Assembly (NCBI GenBank): GCA_963730535.1
Contig: CAVSRU010000010.1
Coordinates: 6,142-70,141 of the forward strand
Reading direction: 5' to 3'
DNA: 64,000 nt
Origin: an uncultured Solirubrobacteraceae bacterium
Lineage (GTDB): Bacteria; Actinomycetota; Thermoleophilia; Solirubrobacterales; Solirubrobacteraceae
The position numbers were made by a program, and so were the translations under genes. The notes beneath the pieces are model-generated. The model saw nothing but the letters and a program-made list of their open reading frames with translations. It was not told the origin of the DNA and ran no database searches. Below, piece by piece: positions 45,702-54,026 of the stretch. Numbering within the stretch: the stretch's first letter is position 1; each line of letters starts with the position of its first letter.

Positions 45702-46958
45702 ATGAGCCGGGTCCGGCTGCTCGCGCCGTTCCGGCACCGCGACTTCCGGCTGCTGTGGGCCGGGATGTGCGTGTCGTTGCTCGGCGACGGAGTCTTCCTG
45801 GTGGCCATCGCCTGGCAGGCGTACGAGCTCTCCAACGCGCCGACCGCGCTGTCGCTCGTCGGGATCGCGATGACCGTGCCGATGATCGTGTTCCTGCTCA
45901 TCGGCGGGGTCGTGAGCGATCGTGTCGACCGCCGCAAGGTGATGCTCGCCGCCGATGCGGCGCGCGGCCTGCTGGTGGGGGTGCTCGCGTTCCTCTCGCT
46001 CACGGGCGCGCTCGAGCTATGGCACATGGTCGCGCTGGTCGCCGGCTACGGTGCGGCAGCGGCGTTCTTCGGTCCGGCGTTCGACGCCATCACGCCCGAG
46101 GTTCTGCCGGAGGACCAGCTTGCGCAGGCGAACGCCCTCGACCAGCTCGTGCGCCCCGCCGCGCTGCGGCTCGCCGGTCCCGCGATCGGCGGCTTGCTGA
46201 TCGAGGCGGTGGGCGTCGGTGCCGCCTTCGCGCTCGACGCCGCGACCTTCGCGGTGTCCGCCGCGGCGGTGCTGGCGATGACCCGCCGTCCCCGCAGGCC
46301 CCGCGCCGAGGAGGTCTCCGTCGCCGGCGACATCCGGGCCGGCTTCGCCTACATCCGCGGGCACGTGTGGCTGTGGGCCACCTTCGCGAGCGCCGCGATC
46401 GCATACCTGCTCTTCATGGGCCCCGTCGAGGTCCTGCTGCCATTCATCGTCAAGAACGACCTCCACGGCAGCGCGGCCGACCTCGGTCTCATCTTCGCGG
46501 CCGGGGGGATCGGGTCGGTCCTCTGCGCCGTCGTGCTCGGCCAGCGCGGGCTTCCGCGACGCGACATCACGTTCATGTATGTCACCTGGACGCTGGCGAC
46601 GATCGCCGTCGCGGGCTACGGGCTGGCCGGAGCCGTGTGGCAGCTGATGCTCGTGAGCCTGGCGTTCAACGCGCTGGAAACGGCGGGGACGATCGTGTGG
46701 GCGACCGCCAAGCAGCGGCACGTGCCGCCCGAGCTGCTCGGGCGCGTCTCCAGCCTCGACTGGTTGATCTCGATCGGCCTGCTCCCGCTGTCGTTCGCCC
46801 TCACCGGGCCGGTGAGCGGCGCCATCGGCGTCCAGGCGACGCTGATCGGCGCCGGCGCGCTCGGTGCCGTCGTGACCTTCGGCGCCCTCCTGCTGCCCGG
46901 GATGCGCGCCGTCGAGGGTCGTCATTCGCGCGCGCTGCCGGAGCCCGCAGCCGCCTAG
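45702..46958 (+). CDS. MFS transporter
   Basis: Start MSRVRLLAPFRHRDFRLLWAG.. About 12 TM segments. Alternative start at 45663. Confidence 0.8.
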   Translation: MSRVRLLAPFRHRDFRLLWAGMCVSLLGDGVFLVAIAWQAYELSNAPTALSLVGIAMTVPMIVFLLIGGVVSDRVDRRKVMLAADAARGLLVGVLAFLSLTGALELWHMVALVAGYGAAAAFFGPAFDAITPEVLPEDQLAQANALDQLVRPAALRLAGPAIGGLLIEAVGVGAAFALDAATFAVSAAAVLAMTRRPRRPRAEEVSVAGDIRAGFAYIRGHVWLWATFASAAIAYLLFMGPVEVLLPFIVKNDLHGSAADLGLIFAAGGIGSVLCAVVLGQRGLPRRDITFMYVTWTLATIAVAGYGLAGAVWQLMLVSLAFNALETAGTIVWATAKQRHVPPELLGRVSSLDWLISIGLLPLSFALTGPVSGAIGVQATLIGAGALGAVVTFGALLLPGMRAVEGRHSRALPEPAAA

Positions 46959-46975
46959 AGCTATCGTCCGGTCGT

Positions 46976-48115
46976 ATGAAGCGACCCGTCCAGCACACCG
47001 CCGGAGTCGTCGCCGAGTGGCTGCGCGACGGGCGCCGGGTGGTGGCGGGGACGCTCGTCGCCGTCGACGGCTCGGCACCGCTCGACGTGGGGGCCAGTGT
47101 GTACGTCGAGGAGGGCGGGACGCTCGAGGGTTCGGTCACCGGCGGCTGCGTGGAAGGCGCCGTGGCGCAGGCGGCGCTGGACCTGCTCGCGGACGGAGGC
47201 CCGCCGCGGCTCGAGACCTACGGGATCTCGGACGAGCTGGCCGGCACGGTCGGGCTCATGTGCGGCGGCACCGTGCACATCTTCATCCACGAGATCGCGG
47301 ACGACGCGCGGGAGGCGACGCTGTCCGGCCTCGAGGCGGTCGTCGACGCGCGCCCGGCCGCCGTGGCGACGCTGCTCGACGGGCCCCACGCGGGCGCGAA
47401 GGTGTACGTCGACGCCGACTCGCGGGTGGGGTCGCTCGGCGGCCCGCCGCTGCTCGAGGCCAACGTCGAGCGCGAGGCGCGGGGCCTCGTCGTCCAGGGC
47501 CAGTCGACGGTGCGCTCGTACGGCGAGGACGGGGCGACGCTCGGCACCGGGCTGCGGGTCCACGTGGCCGCCTTCGCGGAGCCGCCGCGGATGGTGATCT
47601 TCGGGGCGATCGACTTCGCGGCCGCGCTGGCTCCGATGGCGCGCGGGCTCGGCTACCGCGTGACGATCGCCGATCCCCGCCGGGCGTTCCTCGAGTCCCC
47701 GCGCTTCAAGGCCGCCGCCGAGGTCGTCGCCGGGTGGCCGGACGCGGTGCTGGAGGAGGGCACCCTCGGCCCGCGCGACGCGGTGCTGGTCTTCACGCAC
47801 GACCCGAAGCTCGACGTGCCCGCCGTGAAGGCGGCGCTCGACAGCGGCGCCGGCTACGTCGGCGCGCTCGGCAGCCGCAAGACGACGCTCGACCGCAACG
47901 AGCGGCTGCGGGAGGCCGGCGTCGACGACGACGACATCACGCGCGTCTTCGCGCCCTGCGGGCTCGACGTCGGCGCCTCGACCGTCGAGGAGACGTCGAT
48001 CGCCGTGCTCGCCGAGATCATCGGCCACCGCGCCGGCCGCGAGGGCGGCTCCCTGCGCAGCGCGTCGGGCCCGATCCGGCGCGAGCGGGACGAGGCCAGC
48101 CGCCTCGTCCCGTAG
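46976..48115 (+). CDS. XdhC/CoxI family accessory protein
   Basis: ATG 46976 within a read-through ORF. N-terminal ..GSVTGGCVEGAV.. and a C-terminal Rossmann-like ..MVIFGAIDFAAALA.. are typical of XdhC. Confidence 0.8.
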   Translation: MKRPVQHTAGVVAEWLRDGRRVVAGTLVAVDGSAPLDVGASVYVEEGGTLEGSVTGGCVEGAVAQAALDLLADGGPPRLETYGISDELAGTVGLMCGGTVHIFIHEIADDAREATLSGLEAVVDARPAAVATLLDGPHAGAKVYVDADSRVGSLGGPPLLEANVEREARGLVVQGQSTVRSYGEDGATLGTGLRVHVAAFAEPPRMVIFGAIDFAAALAPMARGLGYRVTIADPRRAFLESPRFKAAAEVVAGWPDAVLEEGTLGPRDAVLVFTHDPKLDVPAVKAALDSGAGYVGALGSRKTTLDRNERLREAGVDDDDITRVFAPCGLDVGASTVEETSIAVLAEIIGHRAGREGGSLRSASGPIRRERDEASRLVP

Positions 48116-48127
48116 CTCGCGAGGAGG

Positions 48128-48601
48128 TCACGGCATGAACGTGAGCGTCACGCGCTCGTCGCGGCCGCTCGTCGCCGTGCTGTCCGCCGTCCCGCGTGCG
48201 CCCGCGTAGGCGCCGGAACCGCCGGTGATCGCGAGCGGGTCGCCGGTGCCCGCGAGCTCGATATGCCCGTCGGGCAGATGCATGGCGCCCGTGCACAGGA
48301 GGCGCTTGCCGCGACGGTCCGTGGAGGTGCACATGGCATCCATCCGCCCCAGGCGCGCCTGGCCTCCGGCGTCGAAGATCCGGTAGCTGAGGATCGAGGT
48401 GTCGCCCGGCGAGGGCGGCACGTCGCCGCGGCGCCGCGGCGGATGGTCGAGGAACTTGAACGAGGCCTGGCGTAGGACGACCTGCTTCGTGCCCGCGGGC
48501 GGGCCGGCCGTTTCCGCGGGTCCGGCCGACGCGAGCGCGGCGCCGGCGCCGAGGCCGGCGGTGGAGATGACGGTGGCGAGCAGGGCGGTGCGACGGCGCA
48601 T
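48128..48601 (-). CDS. secreted hypothetical protein
   Basis: 157-aa ORF. Signal peptide MRRRTALLATVISTAGLGAGAALASAG. Small beta-rich domain; no family recognised with confidence. Confidence 0.6.
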   Translation of the reverse strand: MRRRTALLATVISTAGLGAGAALASAGPAETAGPPAGTKQVVLRQASFKFLDHPPRRRGDVPPSPGDTSILSYRIFDAGGQARLGRMDAMCTSTDRRGKRLLCTGAMHLPDGHIELAGTGDPLAITGGSGAYAGARGTADSTATSGRDERVTLTFMP

Positions 48602-48793
48602 GGTGGGTCTCCGATCAGGAGTGGGGTGACGCTTCGGGACGCTAGGTCCGCGGCCGCCGGCCGTCGTCGCCCGCCGGAGCGATCTCGCGCCACGCAGGAG
48701 CGATCCGAGCGGCGGCGCGAGTCACCCACGGTGGCTACGCGCCTCACCCGTCCAGGCGATGCGCAGGCGCCGCGACGAGCGTACGGTTGCCTC

Positions 48794-49945
48794 ATGTGGA
48801 CCCTGCGCCAGGCGCGTGGGTGGGCTATGCGCCACTCCAACGAGCTCCTCGTCGCCCTGCTGGTCGGGAGCACGCTCGCGGAGGCGGCGGCCAGTGGCAC
48901 CGGTCTCCCGGCCGTCGCGCTCTCGCTGGTCGTCTTCCTGCCGCTGCTCGCACGCCGTCGCGCGCCGCTGCTCGTCCTGCTCGCGATCCTTGCCGCCGGG
49001 TCCGCCGGATACGCCGCGGTGGACGACTCGGTGGGCGACCTCCAGGCGTGGATCGCCATCAACGTCGCGCTCTACAGCACCGCCGCGCACCTGTCGTTCG
49101 CGCCCGCCCTCGCGGCCGCTGCGCTCGTCGCCGCGTGGGCCGTCGCCGTCGAGGTCGGTCGGCTCGGCGAGACCAACGCGGAGGACCTGGTGGGCGAGTT
49201 CCTCTTCCTGGGTGGTGTGTGGGCGCTCGGGCGCTGGGTCCGCCAGCGGCGCCACCGCACCGACAGCTTGGAGGAGCGCACCGCGGCGCTGGAGGCCGAG
49301 CGCTACGAGCGCGCCCGCGCCGCGGTGGCGGAGGAGCGCGCCCGCATCGCGCGCGAGATGCACGACTCGGTGGCCCACACCGTCAGCGTGATGGTGCTCC
49401 AGGCCGGTGCCGCGGAACAGGCACTCGCGGTCGCCCCGGAGCGCGCCCGGGAGTCACTCATCACGATCCAGGACGCCGGCCGGGAGGCGATCGTCGAGCT
49501 GCACAGGATGCTCGGCGTCCTGCGCGGGCCGGTCGGCGAGCTTGCGCTCGACCCCCAGCCGGGCGTGGCCAGGCTCGACGCACTGGTCGACCAGGTCCGC
49601 CGTGCGGGACTACCCGTCGAGCTCAGCGTGGACGGCGAGCCGCGCCGCCTGCCGGCCGGCGTGGACCGCTCCGTGTACCGGATCGTGCAAGAAGGGCTTA
49701 CGAACACCCTCAAGCACGCCGGCGCCGCGCACGCGAGCGTCCGCCTCAGCTATGACGGCCGGGCGGTGGAGCTCGAGGTGCTCGACGACGGCACCGGTCC
49801 GAGCGCGGGGAACGGCGGCGGTTTCGGCCTCGTCGGAATGCGCGAACGGGCCGAGCTCTACGGCGGCGTCCTCGAGAGCGGCGCCCGGCCAGGCGGCGGG
49901 TATGCCCTGCGCGCGCGGCTGCCCTTCGAGGCGACACCCTCGTGA
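48794..49945 (+). CDS. membrane sensor histidine kinase (HisKA_3 type)
   Basis: TM-rich N-terminus, H-box REMHDSVAHTVS, ATPase boxes GLTNTLKHAGA and DDGTG. ATG 48794 or 48827. Confidence 0.85.
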   Translation: MWTLRQARGWAMRHSNELLVALLVGSTLAEAAASGTGLPAVALSLVVFLPLLARRRAPLLVLLAILAAGSAGYAAVDDSVGDLQAWIAINVALYSTAAHLSFAPALAAAALVAAWAVAVEVGRLGETNAEDLVGEFLFLGGVWALGRWVRQRRHRTDSLEERTAALEAERYERARAAVAEERARIAREMHDSVAHTVSVMVLQAGAAEQALAVAPERARESLITIQDAGREAIVELHRMLGVLRGPVGELALDPQPGVARLDALVDQVRRAGLPVELSVDGEPRRLPAGVDRSVYRIVQEGLTNTLKHAGAAHASVRLSYDGRAVELEVLDDGTGPSAGNGGGFGLVGMRERAELYGGVLESGARPGGGYALRARLPFEATPS

Positions 49946-50604
49946 TCCGGGTCGTCATCGCCGACGACGAGGCGCTCGTGCGCGGCGGCCTGCGCATGAT
50001 CCTCGAGGCGCAGGCGGACATCGAGGTCGCCGGGGAGGCCGACGACGGCCGGGCCGCGCTCGAGCTCGTGCGCCGAGATCCGCCCGACGTGGTGCTGATG
50101 GACATCCGCATGCCTGGGCTCGACGGGATCGAGGCGACCCGTCGGCTGGTCGCCCTCGGCTCGGATGCGCCGCGGGTGGTCATCCTCACGACGTTCGACC
50201 TCGACGGGTACGTCTACGAGGCGATGCGGGCGGGCGCGAGCGGCTTCCTGCTCAAGAGCGGGCGCCCCCAGGAGCTGGTCGCGGGCGTGCGTGCGGCCGT
50301 CGCCGGAGACACGCTGCTGGCCCCGCCGATCACGCGGCGCCTGGTCGAGGCCTTTGTCCACCGCCCGCCGCCCGGGACGACCATGCCGCCGCAGCTCGAG
50401 GAGCTGACGCCACGCGAGGTCGAGGTGCTCCAGCACATCGCCGGCGGGCAGTCGAACGCGGAGATCGCGCGAGAGCTGTTCGTGTCGGAGGACACCGTCA
50501 AGACGCACGCCAGCCGCATCTTCATGAAGCTCGGCCTCCGCGACCGCACGCAGGCGGTGATCCTGGCCTACGAGAGCGGGCTCGTCGAACCGAGCGGCGC
50601 CTAA
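49942..50604 (+). CDS. NarL/LuxR family response regulator
   Basis: 220-aa ORF. MIRVVIADDEALVR.., receiver D in VLMDIRMPGLDG, LuxR HTH. 4-nt overlap with the kinase gene. Confidence 0.9.
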   Translation: MIRVVIADDEALVRGGLRMILEAQADIEVAGEADDGRAALELVRRDPPDVVLMDIRMPGLDGIEATRRLVALGSDAPRVVILTTFDLDGYVYEAMRAGASGFLLKSGRPQELVAGVRAAVAGDTLLAPPITRRLVEAFVHRPPPGTTMPPQLEELTPREVEVLQHIAGGQSNAEIARELFVSEDTVKTHASRIFMKLGLRDRTQAVILAYESGLVEPSGA

Positions 50605-50617
50605 TACCCTGAATCCG

Positions 50618-51956
50618 ATGAGGATTGCGGTCATCGGTGCCGGCCCGGCGGGCTTCTACGCGTCCGACCAGTTGCTGGGCGCCGGATTCGAGGTCGACCT
50701 GCTCGACATGCTGCCGACGCCGTTCGGGCTCGTGCGCTCGGGCGTGGCCCCCGACCACCCGAAGATCAAGACCGTCACGCGCGCGTACGAGAAGACCGCG
50801 CGCAAGCCGGGCTTCCGCTTCTTCGGCGGCGTCACGCTGGGGGAGCACGTGTCGCGGGCGGAGCTGCTCGAGCACTACCACGCGGTCCTCTACGCGTTCG
50901 GCACGGCCGACGACAACCGGCTCGGGATCCCGGGCGAGGACCGGCCCGGCTCCTATCCCGCCACGCGCTTCGTCGCCTGGTACAACGGCCACCCGGACGC
51001 GGTCGACGAGTCGTTCGACCTGTCGGCCCAGCGGGCGGTGGTGATCGGCAACGGCAACGTGGCGACCGACGTCGCCCGCATGCTGCTGCTCGACCCCGAC
51101 GAGCTGGCGATCACCGACACCGCCGACCACGCGCTCGGCCCGCTGGCCGCCGGCCAGGTGCAGGAGGTCGTGATCCTCGGCCGCCGCGGTCCGGTCCAGG
51201 CGGCGTTCACCAATCCCGAGCTGCGCGAGCTGGGGGAGATGGCCGGGCGTCGACGTCCAGGTGGACCCGGCCGAGGTCGACGTCGAGGTCCCCGAGGACG
51301 CGACCCCGACGGTGCGCCGCAACGTCGAGATCCTGCAGGGCTTCGCGGCGCGCCCGCCCGGCAGCGCGGGCCGGCGCATCTCGCTGAAGTTCCTGCGCTC
51401 GCCGCTCGAGATCCTCGGCGAGGGCGCGGACGGGCCGGTCACCGGCATCCGCCTGGCGCACAACCGCCTCGAGGGCGGCCGCGCCGTGCCGACCGGCGAG
51501 GAGGAGGTGATCGGCTGCGGCCTCGTGCTGCGGGCGATCGGCTACCGCGGGCGCCCAATCGACGACATCCCGTTCGACGAGCGCAGCGGCCTGATCCGCA
51601 ACGACGGCGGCCGCGTGTGCGACGAGGACCGCCGCCCCCACCGCGGCGAGTACGTCGTCGGGTGGATCAAGCGCGGGCCGAGCGGCGTGATCGGCACGAA
51701 CAAGAAGGACGCGGCCGACACCGTCGCCAAGATCGTGGCCGACGCCGAGGCGGGCCTGCTCGGCTCACCCGCGTCGCCCGACGCCGACGAGTGCGCCGAG
51801 TGGCTCTCCACCTGCGCGCCCGACGCCGTCCTCTGGGAGGGCTGGCAGGCGATCGACGAGCACGAGCGCCGCGCCGGCGAGCCCCAGGGCCGCCCGCGCG
51901 TCAAGCTGGTTCGGCTCGACGAGCTCGTGGCCGCAGGGCGCTCCGTCGCTCGCTGA
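50618..51956 (+). pseudogene. fprA: FprA-type (adrenodoxin-reductase-like) ferredoxin-NADP+ reductase, split by a 1-nt frameshift
   Basis: The N-terminal part (MRIAVIGAGPAGFYA..NPELRELGEMAG) is in the frame of ORF 50618. The C-terminal part (VDVQVDPAEVDV...GWIKRGPSGVIGTNKKDA..) is in the frame of ORF 51261. The junction is at the GGG run 51245..51247. After the junction the first frame becomes Arg/Gly-rich read-through. Confidence 0.8.
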
Positions 51957-51980
51957 TGGGAGTTCTGGGCGGCGCCGGCA

Positions 51981-52272
51981 AACGTCAACGGCGGCTGGGT
52001 AGGGCGGCTGGGGAGCCAGCGGGTGCGCGTGGATGGGGAGTTTCGTGGATTTCGGCGTGTCTCCAAACGCCGATTTCGATGGCCGCGGGCTCACCGAGAT
52101 ACACGAAAACTCCCCGTCAAGGCGGGCTTAGGTGCATACCGGCGAGGCGAGGATCACCCGGATACACCTTTGTGCGCGTCTAGAGCACAAAGGTGTATCC
52201 GGGCGTCCCGAGACACACCGAAATACACCCAACCCCGGCTTGACAGCCTTCCTACCCAGCCGCCGTTGACGT
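51981..52272. mobile_element. MITE-like nested-palindromic element, copy 4 (subfamily C core)
   Basis: ACGTCAACGGCGGCTGGGTAGG at the left with a perfect reverse complement at the right (CCTACCCAGCCGCCGTTGACGT). The core is AT-richer than its surroundings and built of nested inverted repeats. It lies between two convergent genes. Confidence 0.7.
52157..52203. repeat. perfect 19-bp inverted repeat with a 9-nt spacer at the centre of element copy 4
   Basis: CCCGGATACACCTTTGTGC (52157..52175), GCGTCTAGA, GCACAAAGGTGTATCCGGG (52185..52203). Confidence 0.9.
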
Positions 52273-52323
52273 CCGCCAACAGGACCTCCACGGCGCCAGC
52301 AAAGCGCGCGAACTCGAGGTCGC

Positions 52324-52878
52324 TCATGCCGAGCCAGATCGTCCGGCTCGGCGCACTCTCGAGGGATCGTCGCCGCGAGCGATCGCGTCGGCGACCTGGC
52401 GGGGGACGCGCACCCACTCCGGTGGCTGCCGGACCTTCGGCCACTCGGGGTCGGTCACGTGCCGCTGATCGCCGACTTCGCGTGCCTCGGCGAGCCACGC
52501 GGTCAGCTCGCCATCGACGTCGTCCTCGCGGGCGAGCCGGACGCGGTGCACGTAGTAATAGGGCGGGATGTAGTCGACGCTGGCGAGCCGGGGGCTGTCG
52601 ATCGGCCGCGTCAGCACGAAGTTGGCAAGTAGGTGGTCCCGGCGCGGGGAGTCGATCCCGGCGAACCGCATGCGGGTCTGGAACGTGATCCGCGACTTCG
52701 TGACGTTCTCCGTCACCGGGCCGCCGAGCGCTGCGACCAACCGGTCATAGACGGCGCGGAGCTCCGGCCGGTCGCCGAAGTGGGCTTCGATCGGCCGCAT
52801 GGCGCACGAGTGCGGCATGTTGACGGCCACGAAGGTCTGGCCGCATGTCGGGCAGCGCCACAACGACCGATCGGGCAT
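52324..52878 (-). CDS. hypothetical protein (DUF5655-like, with an N-terminal CxxC...H.C zinc-ribbon-like motif)
   Basis: 184-aa ORF with good coding character. Third-position GC drops over the last ~10 codons, so the C-terminus is uncertain. Confidence 0.6.
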   Translation of the reverse strand: MPDRSLWRCPTCGQTFVAVNMPHSCAMRPIEAHFGDRPELRAVYDRLVAALGGPVTENVTKSRITFQTRMRFAGIDSPRRDHLLANFVLTRPIDSPRLASVDYIPPYYYVHRVRLAREDDVDGELTAWLAEAREVGDQRHVTDPEWPKVRQPPEWVRVPRQVADAIARGDDPSRVRRAGRSGSA

Positions 52879-52911
52879 CGTCAGGCATTGTGACCACCGA
52901 CTACGAGCCCA

Positions 52912-53781
52912 TCATGCCGCCTGGAGGCGCCGGTCCCGCATGAGCGAGGCGACGACGCCGGTGCCGAGGATGGCGGCGATGATCGGCAGGCTGATCTCCG
53001 GCCCGATCTTGCCCACGAACTCGGCCGCCGCCATCTTCGCCCCGATGAAGACGAGCAGGGCGGCGAGCGCCGTCTTGAGGTGGTAGAGCCGCTCGACCAG
53101 CTCGGCGACGAGGAAGAACAGCGGCCGCAGCCCGAGCAGCGCGAACGCGTTGGCGGCGAAGACGATGAACGTGTCGTCGGTGATGGCGAGGATGGCGGGG
53201 ACCGAGTCGACGGCGAAGATCACGTCGACGATCGCGATCGCCACCAGCGCCGCCGCGCCGGTGCCGATCGTGCGTCCAGCGCGGCGCTCGACGAACCCCC
53301 GGACGCGCTCGACGAGTTGCTGCTCGGATGCGGTGTCGTGACGCTGCCGGAACATCCGCCAGCCGGTCCAGATCAGGAACGCGGCGAACACGAACGCGAG
53401 CCAGCTCACGGCGCTCAGCGCCGCGGCCCCGACGACGATGAACGCGGCGCGCAGCACGAGCGCGATGACGATGCCGTAGGTGAGCAGCCGGTGGCGGTCG
53501 GCCACCGGGACGGCAAAGGCCGTGAAGACGAGCAAGAAGACGAAGACGTTGTCGAGCGACAGCGACTTCTCGACGAGGTAGCCGGCCAGGAACGCGCTCG
53601 CGTCCGGCGCCTCACCGACCGTCAGGAGGACGGCGAAGAAGGCGAGCGCGACGCCCACCCAGACGACGCTCGCCACCGCTGCCGAGCGCAGCGGCATCTC
53701 ACCGCCGCGCGACTTGACGACGGCGAGGTCGATCACGAGCAGGACGACGAATGCGCCGGACAGCGCGAGCCAGGGGAGCAC
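52912..53781 (-). CDS. TerC family integral membrane protein
   Basis: 289-aa ORF with a GTG start. ..YLVEKSLSLDNVFVFLLVF.. and ..DSVPAILAIT.. are TerC signatures. About 8 TM segments. Confidence 0.9.
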   Translation of the reverse strand: MLPWLALSGAFVVLLVIDLAVVKSRGGEMPLRSAAVASVVWVGVALAFFAVLLTVGEAPDASAFLAGYLVEKSLSLDNVFVFLLVFTAFAVPVADRHRLLTYGIVIALVLRAAFIVVGAAALSAVSWLAFVFAAFLIWTGWRMFRQRHDTASEQQLVERVRGFVERRAGRTIGTGAAALVAIAIVDVIFAVDSVPAILAITDDTFIVFAANAFALLGLRPLFFLVAELVERLYHLKTALAALLVFIGAKMAAAEFVGKIGPEISLPIIAAILGTGVVASLMRDRRLQAA

Positions 53782-53982
53782 TTCGAGAACCTCCGCGGTC
53801 GGTCTTTAGGACAAGCCGCGAAGGTTTCTCCGCCCGGAGGGCCGCGCGCACCGGGCGAGAAGCTCGCCGTGCTGACGGTGCACGCCGTCGGGATACTTCC
53901 CTTCGACTCCTTCCATCGTAGGCGCGGTTCGCCCGCGCACCCCAGGCCCTATGGCAATCTTTAGGGCCGTGGCAGTCGCCGG

Positions 53983-54013
53983 GAGCGGGAGCCCCTCCAT
54001 GGGGCTCCCGCTC
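53983..54013 (-). terminator. GC-rich stem-loop (13-bp perfect stem, 5-nt loop) 14 nt downstream of the stop at 54027
   Basis: GAGCGGGAGCCCC-TCCAT-GGGGCTCCCGCTC as written on the + strand. No U-tract, as is common in high-GC actinobacteria. Confidence 0.55.
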
Positions 54014-54026
54014 GGCGGTCAGGCGA

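Noticed and set aside
51236-51262. Programmed ribosomal frameshifting in the fprA-like gene
   Set aside because: I see no recognisable slippery heptamer or downstream pseudoknot. The enzyme family is not known to use recoding. A simple extra G in a GGG run explains it, and similar events occur in unrelated neighbouring genes.
53782-54026. yybP-ykoY (Mn2+) riboswitch upstream of the TerC gene
   Set aside because: It is expected from context, but I could not find the conserved GGGGAGUAG / ..GACAUA.. cores by eye. I keep it only as a low-interest 'structured leader' finding pending a covariance-model scan.
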